47,141 nucleotides of DNA, taken from assembly GCA_002898395.1 (NCBI GenBank), contig BEHE01000015.1:1-47141 (forward strand), in the 5' to 3' direction. Positions 1 to 9,183 of the stretch are shown here, one piece after another. The notes under the pieces were generated by a model. The model was not told the origin of the DNA. It worked only from the letters and a program-made list of their open reading frames with translations, and ran no database searches. Each line of letters starts with the position of its first letter. Position 1 is the stretch's first letter. Source of the DNA: Candidatus Calditenuaceae archaeon HR02 (lineage in GTDB: Archaea > Thermoproteota > Nitrososphaeria_A > Caldarchaeales > Calditenuaceae). The position numbers and the translations under genes are program-made.

Positions 1-2
1 AA

Positions 3-338
3 CTATACAAATCCAGAAAAAATGTCTACTACATCAGGATATGGAGGGGCTTTAATAAGAGGTTCTACGAGACTGTTGGCTTCACCATCGAAAGAAAAAG
101 GATAAGGCTAGAAGAATATCTCAGAAGAAGGATGACTAATACCAACCCCTCCCCCCTCTTTTCCCCTCCAAACCTAGCTTCACGCTTACAACCAAGCCAC
201 AGTACCCTCCCAACTATTCCTAGAAAAATAAAGATGTGCGGGCCGCGGGTGGGAATCGAACCCACGACCGCCGGGTCACTGCCGCAGGGTCCACAGCCCG
301 GAGTGCTACCAGCTACACCACCGCGGCCACCACCATGA
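3..338 (+). CDS. 3' end of a putative free-standing LAGLIDADG homing endonuclease (5'-partial at window edge)
   Basis: Frame from nt 3 is open: LYKSRKNVYYIRIWRGFNKRFYETVGFTIERKRIRLEEYLRRR. This resembles the Y-x-L-x-I...RF...(I/V)GF(S/T)I-x-RK...LE C-terminus of archaeal LAGLIDADG domains. It is the same frame as track ORF 132..338 and runs antisense through tRNA-His. Confidence 0.6.
   Translation, partial: LYKSRKNVYYIRIWRGFNKRFYETVGFTIERKRIRLEEYLRRRMTNTNPSPLFSPPNLASRLQPSHSTLPTIPRKIKMCGPRVGIEPTTAGSLPQGPQPGVLPATPPRPPP
241..328 (-). tRNA. tRNA-His(GUG) with 14-nt intron at 37/38 (277..290) and encoded G-1
   Basis: Acceptor GCCGCGG/CCGCGGC with G-1 and C73, anticodon stem CCGGG/CCCGG, T-arm GTGGG-TTCGATT-CCCAC. 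BHB: CUGU pairs with intron GCAG, with bulges GG|A and UG|A. Confidence 0.95.
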
Positions 339-384
339 GTTTCAGATTTCAGGTAATATATTTGAGGATAGTCGGGTCCCGGTT

Positions 385-705
385 TTAGGCGTATTCCCTC
401 CAGGTATAGCCACACTTGGTGCATCTGAAGAACTGTGTCATTGGCTCATCGGCTGACCTTGTTTGGACGCTCCACCAGTAGGCCTCCTGGTTTCCACACT
501 GTGGGCACTGTACGTCTCCGGTCTTCGGTAGAACCTCCTTTTCAACGTCGTCTACTATTACAGTTTTCCTCGTCCTCCTCTGCTTGTGGGTGACAATGTC
601 GCCTGTAGGCTTCTTCACATATCCGCACTTCCTACAGACTAGGACCACGCTATTTGACCTCCGCTCAGTGATTAGGACGGCATCACAGCGGGGGCAGAAC
701 TCCAT
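385..705 (-). CDS. tfs: Transcription factor S (TFS/RpoM family)
   Basis: Two Zn ribbons (CPRC..CRKC; CPQC..CTKC) and the QTRSADEP acidic-hairpin motif. Confidence 0.95.
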   Translation of the reverse strand: MEFCPRCDAVLITERRSNSVVLVCRKCGYVKKPTGDIVTHKQRRTRKTVIVDDVEKEVLPKTGDVQCPQCGNQEAYWWSVQTRSADEPMTQFFRCTKCGYTWREYA

Positions 706-785
706 GCCTCATCCCTCACCTCTCACACCGAGAGAATAGCACCGCACAGTTATTTGATTAACCTTATTCAAGTCCACATCCTCTC

Positions 786-1064
786 CTATGATAGCAGCTG
801 TTGTATCGATTCTCTCAACTCCTTCGCCCTAGAGGAGAGTTCCCGAAGGCCCTTCAACAACACGTCGGCAGCCCTATGCTCCCCGCGAGTCTTTAGTATG
901 AACCTTAGAGTCCCGATTAGAGGGTGTGTTAAGTTGACGCCTGCGTATTCAACCTCCCTGAAGGAGTTTAGAACCTCTTGGAGCGCGTCAAGGATGCTGA
1001 AGTCTATGTCTTTCAGCTCTAGCTCTAAGACATTTTCACCCCTCTCGATTACCTTGACCTCCAG
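786..1064 (-). CDS. rpoL: DNA-directed RNA polymerase subunit L (Rpo11), CTG start; absent from ORF track
   Basis: Manual translation: (L/M)EVKVIERGENVLELELKDIDFSILDALQEVLNSFREVEYAGVNLTHPLIGTLRFILKT...KGLREL, 92 aa. Has the YAG...HPL signature and the canonical csl4-rpoL-tfs context. Confidence 0.88.
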   Translation of the reverse strand: MEVKVIERGENVLELELKDIDFSILDALQEVLNSFREVEYAGVNLTHPLIGTLRFILKTRGEHRAADVLLKGLRELSSRAKELRESIQQLLS

Positions 1065-1660
1065 AGCAGACCACCACCCTCCGGTGAAAGCAATCCTCCA
1101 AACATCTTAAGGAGCGTATTAACCTTCCCGTAGTAGGGGGCTATCGGCCGGTTAGTGTATTTCCTCTTACACCTTACACAGAAGAGGGCTCTACCACTCA
1201 GGGTCAGGGGTGCGCCGCATATGTCGCAGAAGGCCTGGAAGACCCCAAGACCACGCCCCTTGACAGTGAGGCTGTATATGCCGGAGTAGTCATCTCGGAT
1301 TCGCGCCACAATTATGTCTCCGACGGTAAAAATTGGTTTTTCGCGGCGCTGTAGTGCTGCTGCTGTCCAGTGGGTCTTGACCGGGTGGCCAGCGGCGGCG
1401 AGTATGTCGCAGATCACCAGCTTGTCTTGGACTTCTTTAACCTGGCAGAGGACAAGGTCGCCCGACTTGATCTTGACCGAGGGCTTTACGGCCTTGACGG
1501 TGACTGAGTGTCTCTTCAAGTCGTATTCGGCGATCCCCGCGACGGTTGCTACCACATCCCCGTCCTTCAGGGCCTCTGCACCCTCATCTGGCGTGAATTC
1601 CTCTACCACGCACAGTTTATCGCCTGGTAGGACGAGCCTGCCTGACGCCTGATACCTCAC
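1049..1660 (-). CDS. csl4: Exosome RNA-binding protein Csl4
   Basis: N-terminal VLPGDKLCVVEEFTP, S1 domain (GDLVLCQV, VGDIIVARI), C-terminal Zn ribbon CDIC..CVRC. Confidence 0.9.
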   Translation of the reverse strand: MRYQASGRLVLPGDKLCVVEEFTPDEGAEALKDGDVVATVAGIAEYDLKRHSVTVKAVKPSVKIKSGDLVLCQVKEVQDKLVICDILAAAGHPVKTHWTAAALQRREKPIFTVGDIIVARIRDDYSGIYSLTVKGRGLGVFQAFCDICGAPLTLSGRALFCVRCKRKYTNRPIAPYYGKVNTLLKMFGGLLSPEGGGLLWRSR

Positions 1661-1720
1661 TCCGAGCCTAGACGGCTGCGGGGAGTAGATAAAGTAGATG
1701 CTCCATGAAGGCGGTGGGAG

Positions 1721-2320
1721 ATGGATGGGCAGGGATTGATTGTGGCCATCGAAGGAATAGACGGCGCGGGGAAGACAACCCAGGCTAAGAGGCTTGTGAG
1801 ATTCCTCAGGTCGAAGGGTATGGCGGCCAAGTATACTGCGGAGCCAACCAGCTCAGTCCTAGGAAAGATGATTAAATCATATCTGAGGCGGGGAGGAGTG
1901 GACCCCCACCTACTGGCCCTACTCTTTGCAGCAGACAGGATCTACCACCTAAAGAAGACAGTGAACCCGATGCTGGAGAAGGGTCACATAGTGGTTTGTG
2001 ACAGATACCTCTACTCGTCCTACGCGTATCAGGGGGTGATGACGGGGCAGCCCCTCTGGGTCAGGGAGATAAACAGGATGGCACCACACCCCGACATAGC
2101 CGTCCTATTAGACATCAGTGTTGAAGAAGCTCTGAGGAGGAAGAAGAGGAGGATCAGTTTCGAGGACCCGGACTTTCTAGAGCAGGTTAGGGGAGAGTAT
2201 CTTAGACTTTGCGAGTCAGGGTTGATGGTGAAGATAGATGCAGGCGGTGAAATAGACGCAGTCTTCAGGGAGCTAGTGAAGGTGGTTGCGCCGAGGCTTG
2301 GCCTGAAACATGAAACGTGA
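1721..2320 (+). CDS. tmk: Thymidylate kinase
   Basis: IEGIDGAGKTTQ P-loop, LLFAADR and CDRYLYSSYAYQ motifs. Confidence 0.95.
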   Translation: MDGQGLIVAIEGIDGAGKTTQAKRLVRFLRSKGMAAKYTAEPTSSVLGKMIKSYLRRGGVDPHLLALLFAADRIYHLKKTVNPMLEKGHIVVCDRYLYSSYAYQGVMTGQPLWVREINRMAPHPDIAVLLDISVEEALRRKKRRISFEDPDFLEQVRGEYLRLCESGLMVKIDAGGEIDAVFRELVKVVAPRLGLKHET

Positions 2321-2362
2321 CGGGGGCGCCGAGGCCGGATTACTGTACTGATCGTTGGATAG

Positions 2363-2833
2363 TCATTCTCCACATCCGCGTAGCAGATTCTTAATCTCCG
2401 AGGCTACGGATATGCATGCTTTCTCCACTCTTTCGGAGAGGCCTGAGCCCTGTTCGAACCGCTCGCCCTCTATGCCGTAGACTATTGTCTTGGGTGGAAG
2501 TATATTGAGGGATTCAGCCAAACCGATGATCTCTGGCAAAGTCATGGTGTGTGTCGATCTCCACGCCGCCGTCCTTGATAGTTTATCTATTGAGTCGAGC
2601 CTATGGATAGCTCCTGCCCCAGAGAATTTCTCCATCGCATCTACTACGACTAGGAGGTCTATGTCTCCTGTTAGATAGTTTAGGAGCTCGGCGGGCGTCT
2701 GGAGCCTGATAACCTTTGCACCAGCCTCACCTGAGAGTAGGTCGGCGACCCTATGCCCAGCCCCATCGTCCCCCCTATGCAAGTTGCCGATACATGCCAC
2801 CAGTACCCGTCGTCTGCAGTTACTCTTCCTCAA
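2363..2833 (-). CDS. Hydrogenase maturation endopeptidase
   Basis: [16 protein letters not shown] and STH motifs; lies directly after the large subunit gene. Confidence 0.92.
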   Translation of the reverse strand: MRKSNCRRRVLVACIGNLHRGDDGAGHRVADLLSGEAGAKVIRLQTPAELLNYLTGDIDLLVVVDAMEKFSGAGAIHRLDSIDKLSRTAAWRSTHTMTLPEIIGLAESLNILPPKTIVYGIEGERFEQGSGLSERVEKACISVASEIKNLLRGCGE

Positions 2834-4115
2834 TCTCCAGTTTTAGGAAGTGTGTCGCGCAGGATATACAGGGGTCATAGTTTCTTATCGCCTGCTCAAA
2901 CCTCCAGACTGCCTGGCTGCGGGGAAGCCTCACTATCTCGGGCGCCAGGGCCCTGAGATCCTCCTCGATCCTCTTCTGGTTCTGGGCGGTCGGGGGAACT
3001 ATCTTGGCCGAGAGTATTCGGCCCTCGCCATCCACGTCGTACCTGTGGTAGAGTATGCCCCTTGGAGCCTCTGTGCAGCCACAGCCCCTTCCAGCCTTGA
3101 CCTGCGGCTCCACCCTAGGACTCGAAGGCTCCACATACTCGTCTATAATCCTGAGAGACTCTTCCAAGGCGTAGTATGTCTCAGCCACTCGGGCTATTAT
3201 ACTCTTGAATGGGTTCCTGCAAGGTATCTTGAACCCGATTCTCCTCAGCATCTCTTTGGTGCCGTCGTGGAGCTTGTTATAGTTCAGGTTAATTCTGGAG
3301 AGGGGGCCTACCATGTACGCGCCCCTGCCAACTATGTAGGAATGCAGGGCGTTGGAATGCGGCACCTGCTCTTCCGCAAAATAGTCCTCATACTGGTCAA
3401 CCGAGATGTCTAACCCCTTGTTCGACGCGATCCTTCCCTCGTTCATTGGATACTCATCTGGATGTCTGAGGGAGACAAACTCGTAGTCCTGTTCAAACGC
3501 TGGAAACTCTAGGTCCGCAACCCATTCCAGCAGGTTTCCAACAGTCTCCATGCTTTCTACAAGTCTCTCCCTCAGCCCTATCAGCTCGCGTTTGGAAGGC
3601 GCGCGGTAAAACCCACCGACACAGGCGGCGACGGGGTGAATCTCTCTGCCACCCAGCAGCGAGACTATATCATTCCCAAGCTTCTTCACCTTGAGGGCAT
3701 TCTTCACTACGTCGGGGTGTTTCTTAGCCATCTTGATGGCATCATCATACCCGAGGAAGTCCGGCGCGTGGAGTAGGAAGGCGTGGAGCATGTGGCTCTC
3801 TATCCACTCTCCACAGTAGTAGAGCCTCCTCAGACTCCTCACTGAAGGGTCTATGGCTACGCCGAAGAGCCTTTCAAAAGCGTGGACCGAGCTCATCTGA
3901 TAAGCTACAGGGCAAATCCCGCAGATCCTAGCAGTTATGTCTGGGGCGTCATAATACATCCGGCCCACAAGCAGCGCCTCAAAGAGTCTTGGGGGCTCGA
4001 ATATCCTAAACTTGACGTCTACGACCTCGCGGCCTCTAAGCTTGATGTAGAGCGCCCCCTCACCCTCGACCCTTGCGAGGTAGTCCACGCGGTATTCTCT
4101 CTCCCTCGCGGTCAA
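2820..4115 (-). CDS. hydA: Group 3b [NiFe]-hydrogenase large (alpha) subunit
   Basis: RVEGEG, L1 motif [16 protein letters not shown]2 motif DPCISCATH with a cleavable C-terminal tail. Confidence 0.95.
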   Translation of the reverse strand: MTAREREYRVDYLARVEGEGALYIKLRGREVVDVKFRIFEPPRLFEALLVGRMYYDAPDITARICGICPVAYQMSSVHAFERLFGVAIDPSVRSLRRLYYCGEWIESHMLHAFLLHAPDFLGYDDAIKMAKKHPDVVKNALKVKKLGNDIVSLLGGREIHPVAACVGGFYRAPSKRELIGLRERLVESMETVGNLLEWVADLEFPAFEQDYEFVSLRHPDEYPMNEGRIASNKGLDISVDQYEDYFAEEQVPHSNALHSYIVGRGAYMVGPLSRINLNYNKLHDGTKEMLRRIGFKIPCRNPFKSIIARVAETYYALEESLRIIDEYVEPSSPRVEPQVKAGRGCGCTEAPRGILYHRYDVDGEGRILSAKIVPPTAQNQKRIEEDLRALAPEIVRLPRSQAVWRFEQAIRNYDPCISCATHFLKLEIEEE

Positions 4116-4882
4116 GTCTCGGCCTCCACCTCCCTGAAGCCAGGCGCCCAGGCGTTGAAGAGTCTGAAAGCCATGACGGCCTCCTCCCGCCGCTTACCCA
4201 GCTCTATGAAATGCTTCATCAGCGATTTTGAGTTCGGAGACTCCTTCGGCCCGTAGCAGCCGTAGCAGCCTCTCCCGTAGGCTGGGCAGATGGCGCCGCA
4301 GCCAGCATGTGTTACGGGCCCAAGACACGGAACCCCCTTAGCCACCATTATACAGGCGGTACCCCTTAGCTTACACTCCACACATACGCTCTGGTTAGGA
4401 ATGCTGGGCGCCCTCCCAGCAAGGTACGCAGACATCACCTCGAGTAGCTGGTACTTGTTTATTGGGCAGCCCCTGAGCTCGAAGTCAACCTGGACATGAT
4501 CTGAGACGGGGGTAGACTTGTCCAGCGTCTCAATGTACTCCGGCTTCGGGTAGACGTATTTCATAAACTCTGCAGAGCCCCTCCAATTCCTGAGGGCCTG
4601 TATCCCACCCGCCGTCGCACATGCGCCTATGGTTATGAGCACCTTGCAGCTCTTCCTGATCTCTTTGATGAGCTCGGCGTCGTGAGGGGTTGTTATGCTT
4701 CCCTCGACCAGCCCAATGTCATACGGCCCCTTGACGACCGCACGGCTAGCCTCCAAGAAGTACGCGATCTCGAATGCCTCGCCGATGGCCAGCAGCTCCT
4801 CCTCCAAGTCGAGGATGCTAAGCTGGCAGCCGTCGCAGGATGCGAATTTGTAGACGGCAATCTTTGGCCTCCTCGCCATCAC
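4112..4882 (-). CDS. hydD: Group 3b [NiFe]-hydrogenase small (delta) subunit
   Basis: [18 protein letters not shown], and C-terminal CVEC..CLGP..GCGAICP..GCYGC Fe-S motifs. Confidence 0.93.
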   Translation of the reverse strand: MMARRPKIAVYKFASCDGCQLSILDLEEELLAIGEAFEIAYFLEASRAVVKGPYDIGLVEGSITTPHDAELIKEIRKSCKVLITIGACATAGGIQALRNWRGSAEFMKYVYPKPEYIETLDKSTPVSDHVQVDFELRGCPINKYQLLEVMSAYLAGRAPSIPNQSVCVECKLRGTACIMVAKGVPCLGPVTHAGCGAICPAYGRGCYGCYGPKESPNSKSLMKHFIELGKRREEAVMAFRLFNAWAPGFREVEAET

Positions 4883-5736
4883 ACCTCCCTCCTACCGAAG
4901 AAGTTTGAGACCTCGGAGAGGCTGAAGACCGGCCCATCCTTGCAGATGAAGAATGGGCCGAACTGGCAGTGTCCACATATCCCGACGCCACACTTCATAT
5001 TCCTCTCCATGGAGATAAAGATCCTCTCATCTGGCAGCCCCTGATTCTTCAGCTCCTGCACAGTGAACTTCATCATTATCTCGGGTCCGCAGACGTAGGC
5101 GTAAGTGCTGTTTGGCTCAAGCCTCAAGTGTCTGAACAGCGTCGTGACCACGCCTATGTATCCGCGCCACTTCTCATCACCCCTATCCACCGTGACGAGT
5201 AGTTGGGTGTCCAGTCTTCCCCTCCAGACCCGCAAGTCTCTCTTATAGAGTAGGTCAGCCGGCGTGCGGGCCCCATAGAGAACATAAAACTTCCCATACC
5301 TCTCCCTGTTTTTTATGATATGCTGGATTGCAGGTCTTAGGGGCGCGAGTCCTATTCCACCTCCCACAATAATCACGTCCTGACCCTCAGCCTCTCTGAG
5401 CGGCCATCCCCTACCGAACGGACCCCTCAACCCCAAGTTAGAGCCTATACGCGCCGACGCCAAGGCCTTAGTCACAGGCCCGACCGCCCTAACAGTATGC
5501 TCTAGCGTCTGCCCATCTGAGAGGGCTCCGCTTATTGAGATGGGGACCTCGCCTACTCCGTAGGCGTAGAGCATGTTAAACTGGCCTGGGTTGTGGGATA
5601 TCTCGCTACGCTGGCGCGGCCGAAGCCTGAGTGTGTAGGTGTCCGGCGTCTCTTTGGCTTTCCCAACAACCTGGCACCACTCGATCTTGAACGTGTCTAG
5701 ACCAGTGGCTGCTCCAAGGCTTTGCTCTGCCATCAC
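4879..5736 (-). CDS. hydG: Group 3b hydrogenase gamma subunit (FAD/NAD(P)-binding, 2Fe-2S)
   Basis: [27 protein letters not shown] and [12 protein letters not shown] motifs. Confidence 0.93.
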   Translation of the reverse strand: MMAEQSLGAATGLDTFKIEWCQVVGKAKETPDTYTLRLRPRQRSEISHNPGQFNMLYAYGVGEVPISISGALSDGQTLEHTVRAVGPVTKALASARIGSNLGLRGPFGRGWPLREAEGQDVIIVGGGIGLAPLRPAIQHIIKNRERYGKFYVLYGARTPADLLYKRDLRVWRGRLDTQLLVTVDRGDEKWRGYIGVVTTLFRHLRLEPNSTYAYVCGPEIMMKFTVQELKNQGLPDERIFISMERNMKCGVGICGHCQFGPFFICKDGPVFSLSEVSNFFGRREV

Positions 5737-6218
5737 ACCACACCGGACCTCGGCTCGCCATAGATATCCGCGAGACGCATCCTCGCAGACCTAAGCCTGT
5801 CAGCGACAACCCTCACTATTCGTCGGTAAACCTCGTAGCCGAATTCGACGTCGCTCTCCATCATTCGGAGCATCTTCTCGCTGTCGATTGAGATTGCCAT
5901 GGTGTTCTCAACGGCTACTGCGCCTGCGGTCTTCTTGAACGGCTCTATAAGTGAAGACCAGCCTAGAACCTCCCCGCTGCCGATAGTCTCGAACCGGAAC
6001 TCTCCCTTGGGAGGTATGTTGAAGTAAAGCGCTACAAGGCCATAGACTATAAGGTACAGCCTCTTATGCACTTCTCCTTCACCGAATATCCTTTGCCCCG
6101 CCGTGAACCGTACAATGTTGGCGATTGATGCTAGCTCTTTGACCTTCTCCTCCCGCATGCCCTTGGTGAATGGGTGGTCGCTCAGAAGGGTTATGAGCTC
6201 GACCTGCTGGCTGCTCAA
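5733..6218 (-). CDS. Stand-alone cyclic-nucleotide-binding (Crp-type) domain protein
   Basis: GQRIFGEGE..LYLIVYGLV..GEVLGWSSLIEP cNMP fold with no HTH; overlaps both neighbouring genes. Confidence 0.88.
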   Translation of the reverse strand: MSSQQVELITLLSDHPFTKGMREEKVKELASIANIVRFTAGQRIFGEGEVHKRLYLIVYGLVALYFNIPPKGEFRFETIGSGEVLGWSSLIEPFKKTAGAVAVENTMAISIDSEKMLRMMESDVEFGYEVYRRIVRVVADRLRSARMRLADIYGEPRSGVV

Positions 6219-7354
6219 GTCGCACTCACCTCTAACTCCCTCTGCCTAATCTTTGCCGCCTCCTCCGTAATATCTATCCCCACGGGGCACCAGGTGATAC
6301 ACCTGCCACAGCCTACACACCCCATGACGCCGAACTGGTCAATCCACGTCGCGAGCTTGTGTGCAATCCACTGGCGATACCTGCTCAGCCTGCTCGACCT
6401 GATGGGCCCGCCGTGGATATAGGAGAAGTCGGCATTGAAGCATGAGTCCCACCTTCTCCAACGCTCAGCAACATTGCCTGAGAGAGTAGTGACTTCCTCA
6501 ACAGTCGTGCAGAAACAGGTTGGGCACACAAGTGTACAGTTGGCACACGCGAGACACCTCTCAGCAACCTCCGCGTAGACTGGGCTCTCGAGGTTTCTGT
6601 ACAACAAGTCCTTCAAACCAGTGACGTCCAGACTCTTCCTAAACAGTGTCCGACTCTTCTCCATCCGGGCAGCGGCCTCTGAGACCTCGTCGCCCGTCGC
6701 TCGCCGCACGCCAATGCGCTCGAGGAGACTCTTGCCCGCACTAGAGCCCACCTTCGCTACAAAGTAGTGTATACCATCGCCCACCACCTCAGTGAGGCTC
6801 AAATCGTAGCCCGAGCCTACCTCCGGCCCGGTGCCGACAGACAGGCAGAAACAGTTCTCACCAGGCTCGGTACAGTTGACCGCAACTATGAACAAGTCGC
6901 GCCTCATGGTTGAGTAGACCGGGTCCACATACGGACCACCCATCAAAACCTTATCTAGAACCTGGATTGCTGCTAGCTCGCAGCCTCTAACTCCTATGAA
7001 AGCCATCTTCTTTCCCCCTACATTATGGGTGGTGACCTCACCCTTTCTCGAGACTGTGAAGAGTTTGAAGCGTGGTGGATATAGAAACCTCTTCCATGAG
7101 TGCGGGCCTACGACGAAGCCGAAAAACGCCTTATCACCCCTTTCCTCTAGCCTATAGTATCCGGGCCTCTGCCTATCCCTCAGCCCCACCGGTAACTGAG
7201 ACGCCGATTCAATCTCGTCATATACTATGGCCCCCTCCCTGACGATAGGCCCAATCACAGAGTATCCGAGCCCGCGAAGAACTGAGATTAACTCATCGAT
7301 ATGCGGGGGGTCGAGCAGGTAATAATCACTTTGATCTCTAAATTCCCCCATCAC
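6215..7354 (-). CDS. hydB: Group 3b hydrogenase beta subunit (4Fe-4S)
   Basis: CLACANCTLVCPTCFC and GCVGCGRCITWCPVGID motifs. Confidence 0.93.
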   Translation of the reverse strand: MMGEFRDQSDYYLLDPPHIDELISVLRGLGYSVIGPIVREGAIVYDEIESASQLPVGLRDRQRPGYYRLEERGDKAFFGFVVGPHSWKRFLYPPRFKLFTVSRKGEVTTHNVGGKKMAFIGVRGCELAAIQVLDKVLMGGPYVDPVYSTMRRDLFIVAVNCTEPGENCFCLSVGTGPEVGSGYDLSLTEVVGDGIHYFVAKVGSSAGKSLLERIGVRRATGDEVSEAAARMEKSRTLFRKSLDVTGLKDLLYRNLESPVYAEVAERCLACANCTLVCPTCFCTTVEEVTTLSGNVAERWRRWDSCFNADFSYIHGGPIRSSRLSRYRQWIAHKLATWIDQFGVMGCVGCGRCITWCPVGIDITEEAAKIRQRELEVSAT

Positions 7355-7459
7355 ATATTTTATAGATTAAAAATCAATATAAGTCTATCGTGTACAGGTC
7401 TATGCTTTCATGCTGAATATTATTGAAGTATGTAGACAAGCATGAAGGCTATAGAGCTA

Positions 7460-8236
7460 CTATACCCTTAGGCCGGCATTCCTGAGAACCTGTTTAAGCG
7501 CCTCGGCGAATCGCGTCGAAAGAAGCTCACACCTCTCCAGACTGCCGCCCCGCGAGTTCAGCAACGGGTCAAGAGGAATCCCTCCTAGAAACGCCACACC
7601 TTTGGCACGCGCCAGCTCCCTCGAAGGGCTCTGGAGGTCGCTAATGGACATGTTTTCCACGAGGCCGATTATTTTAAGAGATACTGAGTTCAGAATATCT
7701 ATCAGCCTTCCGGCCACGTTTACTGCTAGATGCGTTGGTGTGGTGACCACGAGTGCTCGGCCATTGCTCTTGACATATTTTGCGGCTGTAAGAAGTTCGT
7801 CTCCAGTTCCTGGAGGCAGGTCTACTAGCAGGTAGTCGAGCCTGCCATAAGATGTTAGGGCTAGCATCTCCTTTACTATCTCCTCCTTGGCGCGTCCAGT
7901 TAGGGGGAGTGGCCTACCCCTCGAGAACAGATCGATGGACATCACCTTCACCCCTTCCACAACCGGCGGGACCAGACCCTCCCCCGACTCGACAGGCCTG
8001 CCCTCAACGCCGAGAAGGAGACATGAGGAGGGGCCGTGTAGGTCAAGGTCAAGTAGCCCTGTTCTGTTGGATGACCGTGAGAGTAGAAGGGCGGCGGTGG
8101 ACGCGATCAGGCTTTTCCCCACCCCACCCTTACCGCCCGTGATCAAGATTACTTGGGAGATCTTTTTCAGGTTCTCCTCGATGAGAGGGTCCCTGTAGTC
8201 GAGCTGTCCCTCACTATCCCTCGGTGAACACGACAT
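7460..8236 (-). CDS. hypB: Mrp/MinD-family ATPase, likely ATPase-type HypB
   Basis: GGKGGVGKS, DLDLHG, DLPPGTGD and ENM motifs; lacks the C-terminal CxxC of ApbC/Nbp35; overlaps hypA. Confidence 0.75.
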   Translation of the reverse strand: MSCSPRDSEGQLDYRDPLIEENLKKISQVILITGGKGGVGKSLIASTAALLLSRSSNRTGLLDLDLHGPSSCLLLGVEGRPVESGEGLVPPVVEGVKVMSIDLFSRGRPLPLTGRAKEEIVKEMLALTSYGRLDYLLVDLPPGTGDELLTAAKYVKSNGRALVVTTPTHLAVNVAGRLIDILNSVSLKIIGLVENMSISDLQSPSRELARAKGVAFLGGIPLDPLLNSRGGSLERCELLSTRFAEALKQVLRNAGLRV

Positions 8237-8621
8237 CTCTCACACTCACACCCCTACCCGAGATAATCCTCAAATCTAGGCTCCCACACCTCCTGCAGGC
8301 CGCATAGGACGCGATAAGATCTGGTAGAAAATGAATCATCTCCCTCTCCTCCTCGCTGAGATGTGAGACGGCCTCGCCGAAGGAGATTATGTTTCCGCAT
8401 GAGCCACAGCTAATTCTGGCAGGCTCAATCTCGATGGAGAAGTCTGCACCCCTAACCTCACTGGCCGCGATCAGCCCCTCCAAAGCCTCACGAAGCACCC
8501 CAATGTCAAGCATACTCAGCTCACCTACCAAGACCTTAAACCTCTTAACACCACAGCCAAAATTTAATGAAAAATTTCTAACAGACTCCACAACCCCCCT
8601 CGCTATCACATACTCATGCAT
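8214..8621 (-). CDS. hypA: Hydrogenase nickel incorporation protein HypA
   Basis: MHE N-terminus, GELS, CGSC...CRRC with the long archaeal insertion (IHFLPD), GRGV. Confidence 0.93.
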   Translation of the reverse strand: MHEYVIARGVVESVRNFSLNFGCGVKRFKVLVGELSMLDIGVLREALEGLIAASEVRGADFSIEIEPARISCGSCGNIISFGEAVSHLSEEEREMIHFLPDLIASYAACRRCGSLDLRIISGRGVSVRDVVFTEG

Positions 8622-8730
8622 ACACTCTTAGAGAAACACTACACTCACCAACCTATAATCATATCCTCGTCAGAGAAGCAGTACACAGGTACAAAGTCGT
8701 CTAGAGGATTTAGGGTCGGGAGTTAAGGGC

Positions 8731-8888
8731 TATCTTCTTTTTGTCGTGCTTTTTAGTTTTATGTTGCATCTAACCCGTTCTGTGTCTATGTATTGTGGGT
8801 GTTTTGAGGAGTATTTAAATCACTTATCATATGCAACGCTACCACCGTCGTAGTAATAGTGAGGTGGCCTAAAGCGTACATAAGTGTC
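8731..8888. repeat. Dispersed repeat, copy A (partners 46234..46344 and 46659..46686)
   Basis: Shared blocks TGTTGCATCT, TCTGTGTYTATGTATTGT, TTTTGAGGAGTATTTAAA and CTACCA; the 28-mer at 8861..8888 matches 46659..46686 at 25/28. Confidence 0.85.
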
Positions 8889-9126
8889 CCAGAAGAGAGG
8901 TGGATGGGGTAAGATGAATGCATATGTGACATATATCTATCCAAAGGATTACCAGAAGATCCTCGATTTTATCGGAACGTCGATGCCTAGAACGCGGCTC
9001 TCATCAAACTCTCAATAAAGAAAGAAGATACGGCATATGGATGGGATAGGAGAAAGGAAGGACTGGTGGGAGATATGCAAAGTATTGCAAAAGGGGATAG
9101 GTAAGATGATGAAGCGCAGACGATAA
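8884..9126 (+). pseudogene. Degenerate C-terminal remnant of a LAGLIDADG-like endonuclease
   Basis: KRGGWGKMNAYVTYIYPKDYQKILDFIGTSMPR, then frame breaks, ending ...GKMMKRRR*. AT-richer than flanking genes and convergent on the tRNA-Arg 3' end. Confidence 0.4.
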
Positions 9127-9183
9127 CCCACTCCCTTTACCCCCTCATATTTACCACATTGAAAAATCCATAATTATTAAAAT

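Noticed and set aside
65-424. 119-aa minus-strand ORF
   Set aside because: It is a translation of the tRNA-His gene and its flanks, with no protein features.
754-1110. 118-aa plus-strand ORF
   Set aside because: Antisense shadow of rpoL.
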